NCBI GenBank assembly: GCA_951406725.2
Contig: CATOCA020000001.1
Coordinates: 1,116,001-1,180,000, forward strand
DNA length: 64,000 nt
Origin: Octopus vulgaris
Lineage: Eukaryota
Reading direction: 5' to 3'
Position 1 is the stretch's first letter, and every line of letters begins with the position of its first letter. The notes beneath the pieces were generated by a model that saw only the letters and a list, made by a program, of their open reading frames with translations, searched no databases and was not told the origin of the DNA. Below are positions 26,267 through 39,800 of the stretch, in pieces. A program made the position numbers and the translations under genes.

Positions 26267-27379
26267 ATGTTTCTTTATTTCTCTCCCCTTAATGTCACTC
26301 TCTTTATAAAATTGATCAGTGTGTCCAATCTCAGCAAAATCCGAAGAAAAATGATAAGGTAATATCATAAAACAGAATCCATGTGACCATTTACACGAAA
26401 ATATCCCATTGACACTTAAATCTCAGTACATTATATGAATAACAGATGTTTCATATGTTTTATTGTGAATGATTTGAGGATTTCCGCCTCTCAATAGTTT
26501 ACTTTTAATTCTTCTACATGTCTCCGACATTAAACTTTACCTAAAAGTCAAAGTTCATCAAAATCGGTTGAATTCTGTAAAAGTTACTGTATAAAATATT
26601 AATCCTATGGGTGATTGCATGCAAGAAGCCTATTGATTTCTTAAAATCTCCCGCTCAGGCGCAGCTATCGATTATTTGTCAACTCTTCATGCTGGCATCA
26701 ACTAATACACATGAACTATAATCACATGTAAAATTTCTACAAAATCGATAAGAATGTGTGTAAGAAAATGCTTATTTGCATTTATGTCTATTTCAAGCCA
26801 TTTTGAATTAAATAAATACCTTTACCCTCTCCCCCACCAAACATTTACCTATATCTCAAATTTCATTAAAATCGGATAAAAAACATGAAATTTACGGCCA
26901 AAAATAAAGCCCCTACGGGTATTTGCACGCTAAACACCTATTAATTTTAGAAAACCACTGCTCTGGCGCAATTAGCGATTTTTTTCAACGTCATATACTG
27001 AGATCAACTTACTGCCGTCAGCCACGATCACTCATCGATTTTCATTAAAATCGGACAAAAAATGCAAAAGCTGCAGAGAAATAACATCAGTATAGGAAAA
27101 AGCGAGGACATTGAACAAACTATTTAAGATGTCGCCATTGTTCTCAAATTACGTTTCACTTCGTTTGAAAAGAAAGAAAGTATGGATTATAATGGTGGTC
27201 GCCGATTTCCCAAATTTTTCATCTAAAAGTGTTTTTAAATGCGTCGTTCAAAAGCATTGGCCAAAATCGGTACCGGTTGGGATAGGGGATTTGAAAAAAA
27301 GATCAACACACATTAAGACAATTTAAAGAGCTTCCTGTCATCATCTGCAACGTTGAGGTGAAAAAAAAATGGAAAATCC
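26266..27379 (+). repeat. ~1.1-kb non-coding dispersed element, copy 2
   Basis: Colinear with 4040-5202. Confidence 0.85.
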
Positions 27380-27479
27380 TGTCCATAACGTAGAAAAGGT
27401 AGCTTATGTGGGAATGCTGTACCAAAAGTCTAACAAAATATTCTGTTGTGGGATTCGCTCGGCAACGAAGGGATATTTA

Positions 27480-28700
27480 TCTAGAGTATATACATATATG
27501 CGTATGTATGTGTAGGGAATTGCGTAGATACAATCCAGGCTACATAAGCTTCATAGCTAAGAGAACCACAAAAGTAGCATATTATCCTAACATGGGGTAT
27601 ACCACAAGCTACTCTTCAGTCAAAGGATATCTTGATTTTGTGAAGTTTACATTCTCGTTAGAATCCCCGTGTAAACTCGTTGGGAATTTTATCAAAATGC
27701 AAAGAAAGAACAGTTCGGGAGGAAAACAGTTGAGCAGAAGGAAAATGCAAATAAAATACCAGAAATCCTATGTATATGAATGAGAACGTTTGTTACTGAT
27801 TAAGGAGTGTACGAAGACAAGTTGCTGGCGAGATGCTTTATGCACGTATTCCGGGGTCATTCACGGGTCCGTTGTAGGATAGATAAGTAAACATATTGTA
27901 GCCTTATATATAGCCATTTAAAACAGAATTAAAGGATGAAAATATAGGTGTAGTATTTGAAATGGATAGAGTGGTGTTTGAAGGAGGGGAAGGCGGGAGA
28001 TAGTGTATTTACGTTGTAAAATAGTAGACCACGGTTTACTCGTCGAGTTGGTAGAATTAATTTTGCTTTAAAATCTAAGGACAGCGACTGAAGTGTGAGA
28101 TAGTAGTAGTAGTAGTAGCTTTCATCTGAGATTATTATGTGAGTGCGTATTAGTTCACACGCGCGTATATGGCGTGCGTCTGTAGAATCTAGTAGTTGTG
28201 TACGCGTGCCTGGGTCCTTGTATATTATCATATACTGAGGGATGTGTGTAGAGAGAGAAGAGTTGAGAAAATTTATGACGTATAAACGATAAGGAAAACA
28301 GGTTGGGAATTAAAATATGAAACAATAAAATGTTTAGGAAATGTAAAGGTAGATAAAAAGTTGTTTACTGCATCGATATATGGAGCAGGATATCAGTTGG
28401 GGTGCAAGGGAGTTAGTTAGGGGATGACACAGGGGTGGGTGGGGGATTGTTGTTATTTGGACTTAGAAAATGAATTGCATAATTTGTGTCAAGAAGTAAA
28501 TATTATTCTATCCCGTTCATTTCAAATATTTCCTTACTGCGGACAGTGAGGAAACCCCTTTGGATACGATATCTACGATAGAGTTTAGGAGAACTGGCGT
28601 TGTGGTTGGGGGAAAAGTTGGCGTAGTTGAGGTTCTCCTTAAGTTTATGGCATGGGTAGAAAATTTGGCTTTGTAGATCTAGGGTGACATCTAGGAAATT
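27480..28700 (-). mobile_element. Penelope-like element, degenerate (RT C-terminus to 3' repeat)
   Basis: 28525-28700 is homologous to 7610-7788. IYKATI-like GIY remnant near 27900; HHR-like motif at 27533-27628. Confidence 0.7.
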
Positions 28701-28975
28701 ACGGCAATAGATTGGAGTTCAAGTGCCCACAACTATTTAATGCCTTGCCAACACATCTGAGGTATCTCCATGTAATGGATGTAGATGTTTCAAGATACAA
28801 CATGATCCCTTGCAATCCAAGATACCAAATGAACCAATATCGGGGCAGGAAACTCAAACGAGGGCATCGAAAGCGAATTCCGTTCTTCAGCAAAGGCCAA
28901 TCCCATAAAATTGGCCAGTCGAAAGGTGCTTACACTGGTGGGACCCCATCATCGACACAGCCTCAGGGTTAAAAC
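28700..28975 (+). mobile_element. CR1/L2-type LINE 3' fragment
   Basis: FKCPQLFNALPTHLR is a LINE C-terminal LxNxLP motif. Confidence 0.55.
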
Positions 28976-29813
28976 ATATAAAAGAATAAAAGAACATAAA
29001 TATATATGTATATCAATTTAATAAATAAAATATATGCATACGTATATATATATATATATATATATATGAGTACAGGTACCACAAATAAGCGTAGAACACA
29101 ACGAGAAACGAAAACATAAAATCAAACAAGGAAACGGACTTTCTTTAACAACGAAAAAACAGGGTTCAAGACAAACAATACAAGAAAAATTCCCCTTCAT
29201 CAGTTGCCGCTGTTTCAACTCAATGCGTGTTTCGAATGTAAGGGCAGAACACGATCCGGCTGAAACAGTCATTCCTGCAAAATGAATTAAATAAAATTCT
29301 TTTGCAGAGGGGTAAAACAATTGACAAGAACAGGACGTAAAAGCAATACAAATGAAGAAAAAACGGTACAAATAAAGAATAACAGGACAAGGAAACCAAC
29401 TATAAGGGCTTTTTTAAGCCTAGACGGTGGAAAAATTCGATAGAACGCATGCTGAAGATCGGCTTGCGGAAGACAGAAGAAGTCGATATTGACTTGTTGA
29501 AAGCAGCGGGCAGAAAGAAAGTTAGTAGTCGCCCGTTCAGAGACGAGAGATAAGAGGAGGAGTGAGGAGGAGGAGTGAGAGTTAGAGAGAGAGAGAGGAA
29601 AAGAAACTAGAAAGGGTGAAAAATAAGAAGGAGAGAGACAGGTAGAGAGGAAGACAGACAGGCGGGGAGGAAAGTTCAGGTAAAGAGTTAAGAGTGCGCG
29701 TCATAATTATTGAAATAAAAACTTACTTGCAGAAGAAAAAGAAAACAACGCGTTGCGTTCAATCATATAATAACAATTTGATAAATAAAACATATGCATA
29801 CATACATACATAA

Positions 29814-29847
<34 letters not shown>

Positions 29848-29864
29848 ATGTATATATGTATATA

Positions 29865-29919
<55 letters not shown>

Positions 29920-29921
<2 letters not shown>

Positions 29922-30060
29922 CTGGAAGCTTTACGAAAATAAACAAAAGACGAAGGCAGGTGGAGTACAAACAAACAATTGTATTAGTATGGCGCTCAGG
30001 AATAGAAATAAAACAAGTCTTTTACGTTTCGAGCCTACGCTCTTCAACAGAAAGATACAC
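29920..30060 (-). mobile_element. Penelope-type repeat with minimal HHR (30018-30055)
   Basis: tTGAAGA-gcgtaggctc-GAAA-cg-TA-aaaga, with palindromic ACGT stem III. Confidence 0.6.
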
Positions 30061-30536
30061 AGAAAAGAAACACGGAGAGAAACAAGGAGAGAAAAAAATG
30101 CGTGCAGGAGTTAACGATTCAACATGGCGGTCTGATTTCAGCCAGAAGTCAGAGATCAGACGTTAGACGCTAGAGGGACAGTAGGGGAGATAACAGGGCA
30201 AGTGACCTCGCCCCAACATAAGGGTGCGTGTGTGTATAAGAGAGTATGTATGTGCGTATGAAAGGTCTGGACGTGTGTATGTATGTATGATGTGATGTGT
30301 AATGTCGTATGGTGTGGAGAAAGCCCATGAGGGGTGTGGGTTCGGATGGGGTTGGGGTAGAGGGGGGTTGGGGTAGAGTGGGGTTTTGGGGAGAGTGAAA
30401 GGGGGAGAGAAGAGAGAGGAGGGGAGGAGGGAAGAGAGATGAGGGGGGGAGAGAGGGAAAGGGAGGGGAAGAAGGGAGGAGGAGGGAGGATAGATGAGGG
30501 GGGAGTGGGAGAAGGAAGGAGAGGAGAAGACGAGGG

Positions 30537-30568
<32 letters not shown>

Positions 30569-30569
30569 G

Positions 30570-30603
<34 letters not shown>

Positions 30604-30604
30604 C

Positions 30605-30700
<96 letters not shown>

Positions 30701-30721
30701 TAGAAATATTAAAATTACTAA

Positions 30722-31286
30722 GTCTCTCAAAAGGAGATTACGGCAGCGTTACTGGAAATTAATAGTTATCGCCATACTAATATGGCAGTCTAAATATAAG
30801 ACTAAAACTGTCGCTGATTAGCTCCAAGAGGCCACCGCCTCTTGCTAGCTATATGACACACGAACCTACGTCCATTACAACCTTCGAACAGTGGCCTCTT
30901 GGAGCTAATCAGCGACAGCTTTAGTCTTATATTTAGACTGCCATATTAGTATGGCGATAACTATTAATATCCAGTAACGCTGCCGTAATCTCCTTTGGAG
31001 AGACAAGGGGATGTATTCCACTGTAACTAGGAAAATAAAATCTTCGAACAGACTGTCAGTAGCGACACCTGCTGGTTCTGACTACGCTGCATTGATAAAT
31101 GGCAACACGCTGAAACATGTCTGCAGATGTCTGACTAGCAAGGTGAAGCGGCTGACCTCCCCTGTTCGAAGGTTGTAATGGACGCAGGTTCGTGTGTCAT
31201 ATAGCTAGCTAGAGGTGGTGGCCTCTTGGAACTAATCAAGGGCAGCTTTAGTCTTATATTTAGACTGCCATATTAGTATGGCGATA

Positions 31287-31290
<4 letters not shown>
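30722..31290 (+). mobile_element. Retrozyme/PLE-derived element: 327-nt unit, partial tandem plus inverted segment
   Basis: 30891 is repeated at 31218. 30722-30890 is the reverse complement of 31163-31217 joined to 30891-31005. Confidence 0.8.
31087..31126 (+). ncRNA. Minimal type I hammerhead, U3-A8 variant
   Basis: ctgca-TTGATAA-atggcaacacgct-GAAA-catg-TC-tgcag. Confidence 0.6.
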
Positions 31291-31317
<27 letters not shown>

Positions 31318-31786
31318 AGATCACTAACAATTTAGATTCAAATAAATATGGTACTTAATTTAGATGCACCAGAATTTTGTATGGTGTTACCCATAAAAAT
31401 TCGTGGGGTGATTATAATCAAAATAAGCAACAAGAATGACTCCGCTGATTTGGTACAATAGTTTCGTACTACAACATTTTATTAAAAGCTGTAAGTATTA
31501 CAGCAGATTTAAGATGCTGAGTACATTTCAGCCAATTTATATAGGTTTTCCAATAATATAAAAGCTTTCAAATCAAGTAGTAACATTTTAGAGAAGGTAA
31601 ATATACAGATAAAGATGGGGATATAAATTTTAGGAACATATGAGGTTGTGAAGTTCAGCTGCTAACTGACCAAAACTCTGCTTGTATCTGACTGCTATAA
31701 GAATTTTTTAGTTTTAGGAATGAGGGTAAGGGAAGGTTTCAGAATACCATAAAGGAAATTCAGGCTGTCACTAAACAAAAAGCCAA

Positions 31787-31827
<41 letters not shown>

Positions 31828-32443
31828 ATATATATATATATAAAAATTGGACATGGGCGATCGTTGTATTCTTTCTTGTCTTGAGGTTCACAGCCAAACG
31901 GCTGGGTGGATTCGCATGACATATAGCACACATGTGGAGACGGGTGTACAGATTGGAATGCAGTTTGTATGTTTTCCTATCCCCCATAGTTACCGAGAAA
32001 ATCGATTAAAACATTTTTTAATGGAATTCCCCCGCCAACATACATAACCTCTCTCTACTTTTCTGTTACTCACTCCGCACACCCCATCCAACACACACAC
32101 ACGCACACACACACACACTCTCTCTCTCTGTCTCTCACGCACGCGCTCTATCTCTGTCTCTCTCTCACACACACAAACTCTCATACACACACAGCACGCA
32201 CATCAATTCTTCCGCTTCACGCCAACTTCAAAGGACGTTCACTCATGCAATCATCCTGTATCTTATTTCTTTTTTGCTCACAAGGTGCTAAACATAGAGG
32301 TCCTGTATCTGCCTCTTTCGCTTTCACAAGGACTTCAAAAGATCCCCTTTCTAAATCTCCAGATATAAACACAACCGCCCCACCCTGCTGACTGCAAAAA
32401 TCCTGCCAAATTCGCCGGAAAAACACACACATACACACGTCAA

Positions 32444-35400
32444 TCTCTCTATATATAAAACTGAGAATGTGTGTCTGTCTGTCTGTGTGTTTCCCTAAAA
32501 CTTGTGAACTGCACAACAATTTCATTCAAATTTTCCACATGCCTTACTTAAGGTCCAGGGAGTGTCATGGTAAAAAAAAATCAACTTTTTCCCTAGGGCG
32601 AGCTCACAGCAATATCATATCTTCTCCACTATTTCAGTCTTACGTGTTAAAAGTGAAGCAAAAACATATCTTTATTGTAATGCAGGTACTTTCACTTTAA
32701 TACTGAAACTATGAAAGTGAAAGTATTATATAATAGGGATCAACCATTAACAGTGGTCATCCATTTTGCTAGAAGAAGATCCACTATGTTCTTATGTGCT
32801 ACACCACTGGTTTTCAATACATATTAATCAAATTAATATTCAATTTTTCACCCTTATTATATGTGTCTGTGTGTGTATTAGCAATTCGTATAAAATTGCA
32901 TCAATGACTTGAAATTGAATAAGTGGTTTCACATAAATGGGGATAAATTAAAAAGGTTTGTTGTTATTATTATTACTGTTTGACTATTGTAATCACGTTT
33001 GTTGGTTCCTCGTCAGGGAAACGTTGTTGTGTTGCATTTGTTATATAATTGTAAACCGTAAGCCTTCCCCTTTCTGAGAAGGGCTTTGGTTATTGTTTAA
33101 AAATTGAATTGTGTCCCTGTTTGGGGAAATTGACAATACTTTCACCGTCTTTACGGAATCATTTTTGTTAAAATGCCTTCGATAGAAGAAAGTCCAAAAA
33201 TGAATTTCGCTGCAGCTGTACACTTCTATACAAGAGGGAGGACAAGATCCAATTGATCAAAATTGCAAGAGACGGGCCTACAATTCCAGTCTGTTATATA
33301 TTATGAGTATTGTTATCACTTGCGATATCAAGATATAACTTTGTATTTTGTATTTTATGTGTAGATGTATATATATAAATGTACATGTAATATGTACACA
33401 TATATATACTCATATGTACATGCATAATATATCTACCCATACACACATACGCACACACACACATGCATAGGGGCAGGTGTGGCTGTGTGGTAACAAACTA
33501 CGTTCCAAACACATGGTCCTGGGTTCAGTCCCACTGTGTGGTGACTTGGCATGTGTCTTCTGCTGTAGCCTGAGACCAACAAAAGCCTTCTCGGTGGATT
33601 TTGTACATATATACAGGCATACATATATATATATATACATGCATACGTACATATTCGGCATAAACACTCTACCACTACAACTAATAACTGTTGGTAACAC
33701 TTTCAAACCTGCCTTACATTCGAACCGGAATCTCAAAAACACTGTCCCCTTCAGCGCCATGCTCAACTGCTCTATCCTGACATGGAGGGTATCAGCAATG
33801 AAATCTATAACAAAACACTCATTGACATTGAAAACAGAATTGCTAAACTGGGTGGAAAGGAATTGTCGACGTATAGCCTGCCACAAGCATTCAGGTGAGG
33901 GTCAAATAGCCTTCCCACTGCTGTCATTCGTGAAACAACTTACGACACTCAAGCGCTTTCAAAGTACATTGTTGAAAATGAGCCTAAATTACTTCCGGAC
34001 TAGCTGCAGGCCTACAGAACTATTCTTAACAGTGTACGCCAACGCGATGGACGAATCTTCCTCGATGCTCCTGGAGGGACAGGAAAACATTTATTACAAA
34101 GCTTCTCCTTGCAGAAGTTAGGCAGCATCAGGACATTGCAGTAGATGTAGCCTCCTCTGGCATTGCAGCTAATTTGTAACCCGGTGGCAGGACAGCACAC
34201 TCAACTTTTAAACTCCCTCTCAATTTAGCAGCATCCGAAATGCCTTCATGCAACATCAACAAAAGCTCAGATCAGGGACAAGAACTTAAAATGTGTTATC
34301 TAATTGTCTGGGATGAGTGCACTATGGCTCACAAGGGAGCTTTGGAAGCATGAGATAGAGCCCTGAAAGACATCCGCGACTGTCAGGCTCCGATGGGAGG
34401 TGTAACGCTTCTGTAGTCAGGTGATTTCAGACAAACTCTTCCTGTCATTCCGAAAGGCACTAGAGCAGATTAAGTCCAAGCATGCCTAAAGTCCTCTAAC
34501 CTGTGGCATCATGTTACAATCCTCAGTCTCACCACTAACATGAGAGCTCAGCTACACGGCGACAAAATGTCCGCAAAGTTTGCACATGACATTTTGACAT
34601 TTGGTGAAGGTAAGATGCCTCTCGATGCTGCAGGACAAATAGAAGTGTGGTCATTTTCCTGTGTTGTTAATTCTGTAGATGACCTAAAAAACAAAGTCTT
34701 TCCCAGCTTCACACAAAACTACCAAAATCACAATTGGCTGTGTGAAAGAGCAATATTAGCTCCAAAAAACGTCGCTGTTAACAAAATCAATCAACAGCTA
34801 ATGCATTCTCTTCCCGATAGTATACACACTTACAAGTCTGTTGATACAATTCCACATATAAATGAAGTTGTGAACTATCCTCCTGAATTTCTCAATTCAC
34901 CGGAGCCTCCTGGTCTACCTCCACACATATTAGCACTTAAAGTTGGAACTCCTGTAACGCTACTCCGCAATCTGGAACCACCAAGACTTTGCAATGGAAC
35001 ACGACTGGTGATAAAGAAAATCATGTCACACGTTATCGAGGCAATCATTCTTTCTGGATGTGGAAAAGCTGATGACGTCTTTATTCCAAGATTTCCTCTT
35101 ACTCCATCAGGAGCAGAAATTCCATTTACATTCAGAAGATTGTAATTTCCCCTTCGTGTCAGCTTTGCCATGTCCATTAACAAATCTCAGGGTCAAACCC
35201 TCTCTGTAGCTGGTCTTCGCTTGGAAGAGCCCTGCTTCTCGCATGGGCAACTGTATGTTGGCTGCTCAAGAGTAGGAACCAAAAGAAACCTTTTTGTATA
35301 TGCTCCACAAGGGAAAACAAGGAACATTGTTTACAACGAGGTGTTATAATCTCAACAGCCAGGAGGTATATACATGATAACCTTTTTTTAACAAACTTCA

Positions 35401-35533
35401 TGTACTTTCATGTATTTATATTAATATACATATATATAGGTGTGTGTGTGTATCCATATATATATATATATATAACAGAAAAGTCTAATTCTTCAATTGA
35501 ATGTACCCGGGCAACGCCAGGTATCTCTGCTAG
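32444..35533 (+). mobile_element. Nested, internally deleted Helitron with Pif1 helicase remnant
   Basis: A|TCTCTCTATATATAAAA start; acccgggcaacgccaggt hairpin plus CTAG|T end. Helicase motifs IVWDE, GDFRQTLP, RAILAPKN, LCNGTRL, INKSQGQTL, FSHGQLYV (34190-35350). Confidence 0.92.
33469..33605 (+). mobile_element. tRNA SINE 5' half inside the nested Helitron
   Basis: Same family as 23751. Confidence 0.85.
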
Positions 35534-36808
35534 TTTCATATATTTTCTTTCACTTTCTGCTCTCTTGATTACACAGACGTCCAATACAATAGCTACATTT
35601 TCGTTCTCTAAAAAAGGTACGTGTCTATTTTTCTTATAAGTGTATACCAATGACTTCTTCCATAATTTTCCACTTAGCTTTTATCTTCACTTTTCTTAAA
35701 TTGGATACGTCTGCTACTAAGTTGCAGAACTTTGGCAGTATAGTTAAAAATCCTTTCTGCTTTATTTCTTACATACAATTTGCCTGTAAATTCTTACAGC
35801 TTCAATTTTTGGTGATGATTGAAATGTCAAACATTTTCTAACTGTTAAATCAATTCTTAACGTCAACTTCTTACTGCCTCTTCTATTTTTTTCATAGCAC
35901 CCATACTTACCGTGAAACTCGATAAAAACTTCTTCCCCACTTCGTTCTTCCATTAAAACAACCAGTTGTTCACACAGCCACCATATACTTTTCCGCGAGC
36001 AACAAGGGGACTACAGGATGAGTTAGCTAAAACTTTCCCTATGCTGTCTCTCTTCTTTCACCTCTTCGTGGGGTTAATTATCTTCAACGTTAGTTACCTT
36101 TTCTCCTTGAAACTACATATTACGCACAATTGTTGGATTAATACAGTGGGGTGTTTTGGGGGAGATTTGGCTGCTATTTCTACTAGGTCTACCTACCATG
36201 TAGACGTCTGAACTTAATTTTCATTCACAGATTTGCATTTCAAAAATTTAACATAATCTTTTCCATAAATCAACTATCGAAAAATTTTCTACCATCACCT
36301 CACATTTTCTATGTATGTGTGTGTACCTTAAAAGACGTGATTAGACGGAGGTCCAACAGAATAGTTCTCACAAACAGACGTCGTACAAGTTCTTTCTTCA
36401 CAACTCCTGAAGCTGTTTTTGCGAAGATATTTTCACTTGTCCGTGCATTGCTATTACAGACAAATTAACAACAATTCCACTCCAGAGATAAACACAAACC
36501 ACCTCTTGCAGACTGCAAAAGTCCTGCCAAATTAGCCGGAAAACACACACACACACGTCCATTTCATATATCTTCTTCAAAGCTGCATGCTTTTTTTGAA
36601 ACATTTCACTATTTTTTTCTTATTTATCGTTATACGTTTCCAACTATAATAACAGATAAAGATTAATACTTTGTTCAACAACATTAACGTTTCACTTTCA
36701 GACACAGGTTCAAGTTGCAAAAAAAAACTCAACTTTCGTTACAATTATTTTTTGCTTCTTCAAAAAATTTCATGACGTTTGCCTCAGTAAAAACCATCTT
36801 TACAGATA

Positions 36809-39800
36809 ATGCCTAACCGAAAACAATCAATGCTCTGTACCAAAAGGAATGCCCTCCTAAAACAGCGAAAAAAGGAGTTGCGTTCACAGGTACGTTTTTC
36901 AACATTCATATCATTTCGATTTTGCTTCTACACATTCTCCTCCTGTATCCCATTTCAATATTGCACTTTCATATGTTTTCTACTATTCCTTTCAGGAAAC
37001 ACAAGAAGCAAGAGAGGCCCGTCTTGCTGATCAGCGTAGTCGTGATCAACGCTCACTATGTGACGAACCTGTTGAAGCAAGGCAGGCCCGTCTTGCTTTC
37101 ATGCGTATTCGAAATCGGCGCTCACTCCTTGTGGTGTCAGAAGAAGCAAGGCAAGCTCGTCTTGCCGCCCAGCGTAGTCATAATCAATGCTCACTCCTTC
37201 AGGAGCCTGCTGAAGCAAGAGAGGCCCGCCCCGCTGCCCAACATAGTCAACGCCAGATATCAAGTCTTCAGGAATCATCGGAGGCTATGGAAAACAGGTT
37301 GGCAGGTCGACGTCAAAAAAATATTGCTGCTGCAAGGGGCGCATTTTGGGTGAGAGCTGGATTCAGATACAGTCCTGCTGATGATTTCTCCAATCACCTG
37401 GACGTGACTCTTGGTAAAATGGACAGGGAATGCCGATTTTGTCAAGCTAAGTAGTGGGCTGGTGAGGCAGCTGGTCTTTGTTGTTCTGGAGGCAAGGTTC
37501 GATTTCAGCCGCTCGCAGATCCACCTGAAGTTCTGAAAATCTCCTCCTCAATAGCTCCGACTACGCCAAGAAATTCCGAAAAGGCATTTGGAGTTATAAC
37601 TCCTGCTTCCCTATGAACTCTTTTGCCGTAAAGAACATCCACGACAAACATAACATCAACAACGTCAATATTGATGGAAATTGGGCGGTTAATCCTGCAA
37701 ACAAAAAGAAGGAGTTGCATTACACCTTCAAGATTCAAGGTCAATGTTATCATCGCATGGGAAGTCTTTATCCTCAGCCTACCAAGGAACCCAAGTTCTT
37801 TCAGATTTTCTTCATGGGTTGTTCAAACGCAGAAGGTATCCAACGGTGCAACAGAAATTCAGATGTTGACGCAGCAATTGTTGCTGAACTCCAACATATG
37901 CTTCATGCAACACACCCTTATGTCAACGAATTGAAGAATGCGTTGCAGATTTTGGAAGCCCAACCTGAGCTAAAATTTATAATTAAAGCCTAGAGGCGAC
38001 CTGCTGGTGAGCACCCGCGACCTTTCAATGCTCCAACCACCAACAAGGTTGCAGCAATCATAGTCGGCGAAGAAAATGGCAAGCGTGATATTGTCTTCCA
38101 GCACCGCGATAGCCGACTGTCTTTTGTTTCGAAACCTATCGGTCTTACGACTGCCTGCAGTACTCCCTACTGTTTCCCCTTTGGAGAGGATGGCTACAGC
38201 TTTCACCAACGCCATGTTGATCCAATCACGGGTGCTGAATTAACCAAGGCTGTTTCCTGCAAGGAATTCTATGCCTTCCGTCTTATGGTCAGAGAAGGTC
38301 AGTTCAACCAACTACTACGGTACAAGTAAGTCACAAATCAATTCTTGGTTGACATGTTTGCCAAGGTTGAAGGTGAAAGGTTTCTTTGTATTCGTTAAAA
38401 TCAAAAGAAATTGCGTGTGGATCGATATCTTACCGTTCATGTCCAGCTGTATGTTAATGCAAGAAACATTGGCCTTCCGGTGATACGTCCTTCCAGCCAT
38501 ACCGGGTCTCGACGGTATATGCATCAGCGGACACAGGATGCCATGGCATATGTCCGTAAATTTAGCGGACATGACCTCTTAATCACCTTTACGTGCAACT
38601 CAACTTGGCAAGAGATAAAGGAAAACTTATTCGAGGGCCAGGCTGCATGCGACAGGCACGACTTAGTGGCCAGAGTTTTCCACGGAAAATTGCAGAAATT
38701 TATGTGGTTATTGAAAATTGATGCTGTCTACAGAAAACTTAACGCGTGGATGTACACTGTAGAATGGCAAAAGCGGGGTCTTCCACACACCCATATACTG
38801 ATTTGGTGCCAAGAAATAATCAGACCTGCGGACATCGATCAAATTAAATGTGCAGAGTTGCCCAAACCTAATGTCAACTTGCAGCTATTCCAAATCGTGT
38901 CGGCGCATATGATACACGGGCCCTGTGGTGTCTTGGATCCTAATTCTCCATGTATGGAAAAAAATAGATGTTCAAAGAACTATCCCAGGGCTTTCAACAA
39001 GGTTACATTTACTAGTATTTGCGGCTACCCAATTTACTAACGACGTGCCCCTCACTTTGGAGGAATTTCGGCGAAAAAAAGGATAAGGAGCAAGGAAATT
39101 GCCATCAACAACAGTATGGTTGTTCCCTACAGCCCTTTCCTCCTTAAAACTTTCAACGCCCACATCAACGTTGAATCTTGCACTTCGATTAAAGGCATCA
39201 AGTACATATGCAAACATGTAAAGAGGGGCAGCGACATGGCTGTTTTGGGTGTGCATGATGAAGAAACAGCCAACGATAAAATCCTTCAATACGTTATGGG
39301 CAGGTATATTTCGTTCAATATGGCGGCATGGCGCATTCTAGATTTTGATATTCACCAGTCCTCTGCAGCTGTTTTTGGCCTAGATGTACACTTAGAAAAT
39401 AGGCAACGTGTTTACTTCACTGAGAACACCGCCGCAAATGTACTCAAAAAGCCACCGGAAACAACGCTTACAGCATTCTTTAAGTCGTGTACTTCCGATT
39501 CCTTTGCGCAAACTCTACTTTATGACGATGTACCGTCCTACTTCACTTGGACTAACAAAAAATGGCAAAGGTGGCGGCAGGGTGTGCGAATCGACAATGA
39601 GGTTGGCGAGGTAATCTACAAAGGAAACATGATCGATCGTGTCCACACTGTACACCCAAATCATCAGGAGTGATTTTTTGGGGATGATTCTGTTTCATAT
39701 GAAAGGCCCAACATCATTTGCCCACGTCAGATCATTCGATGGACAAATGTGTTGCACTTACAGGGAAGCTTGCTTGCGACGGGGACTGCTCGAGGATGAG

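Noticed and set aside
29190-29275. GAAA...CTGATGA on the minus strand suggesting a type II hammerhead
   Set aside because: Stems II and III could not be paired convincingly.
30320-30540. G-rich tract with G-quadruplex potential
   Set aside because: Low-complexity purine sequence with no supporting context.
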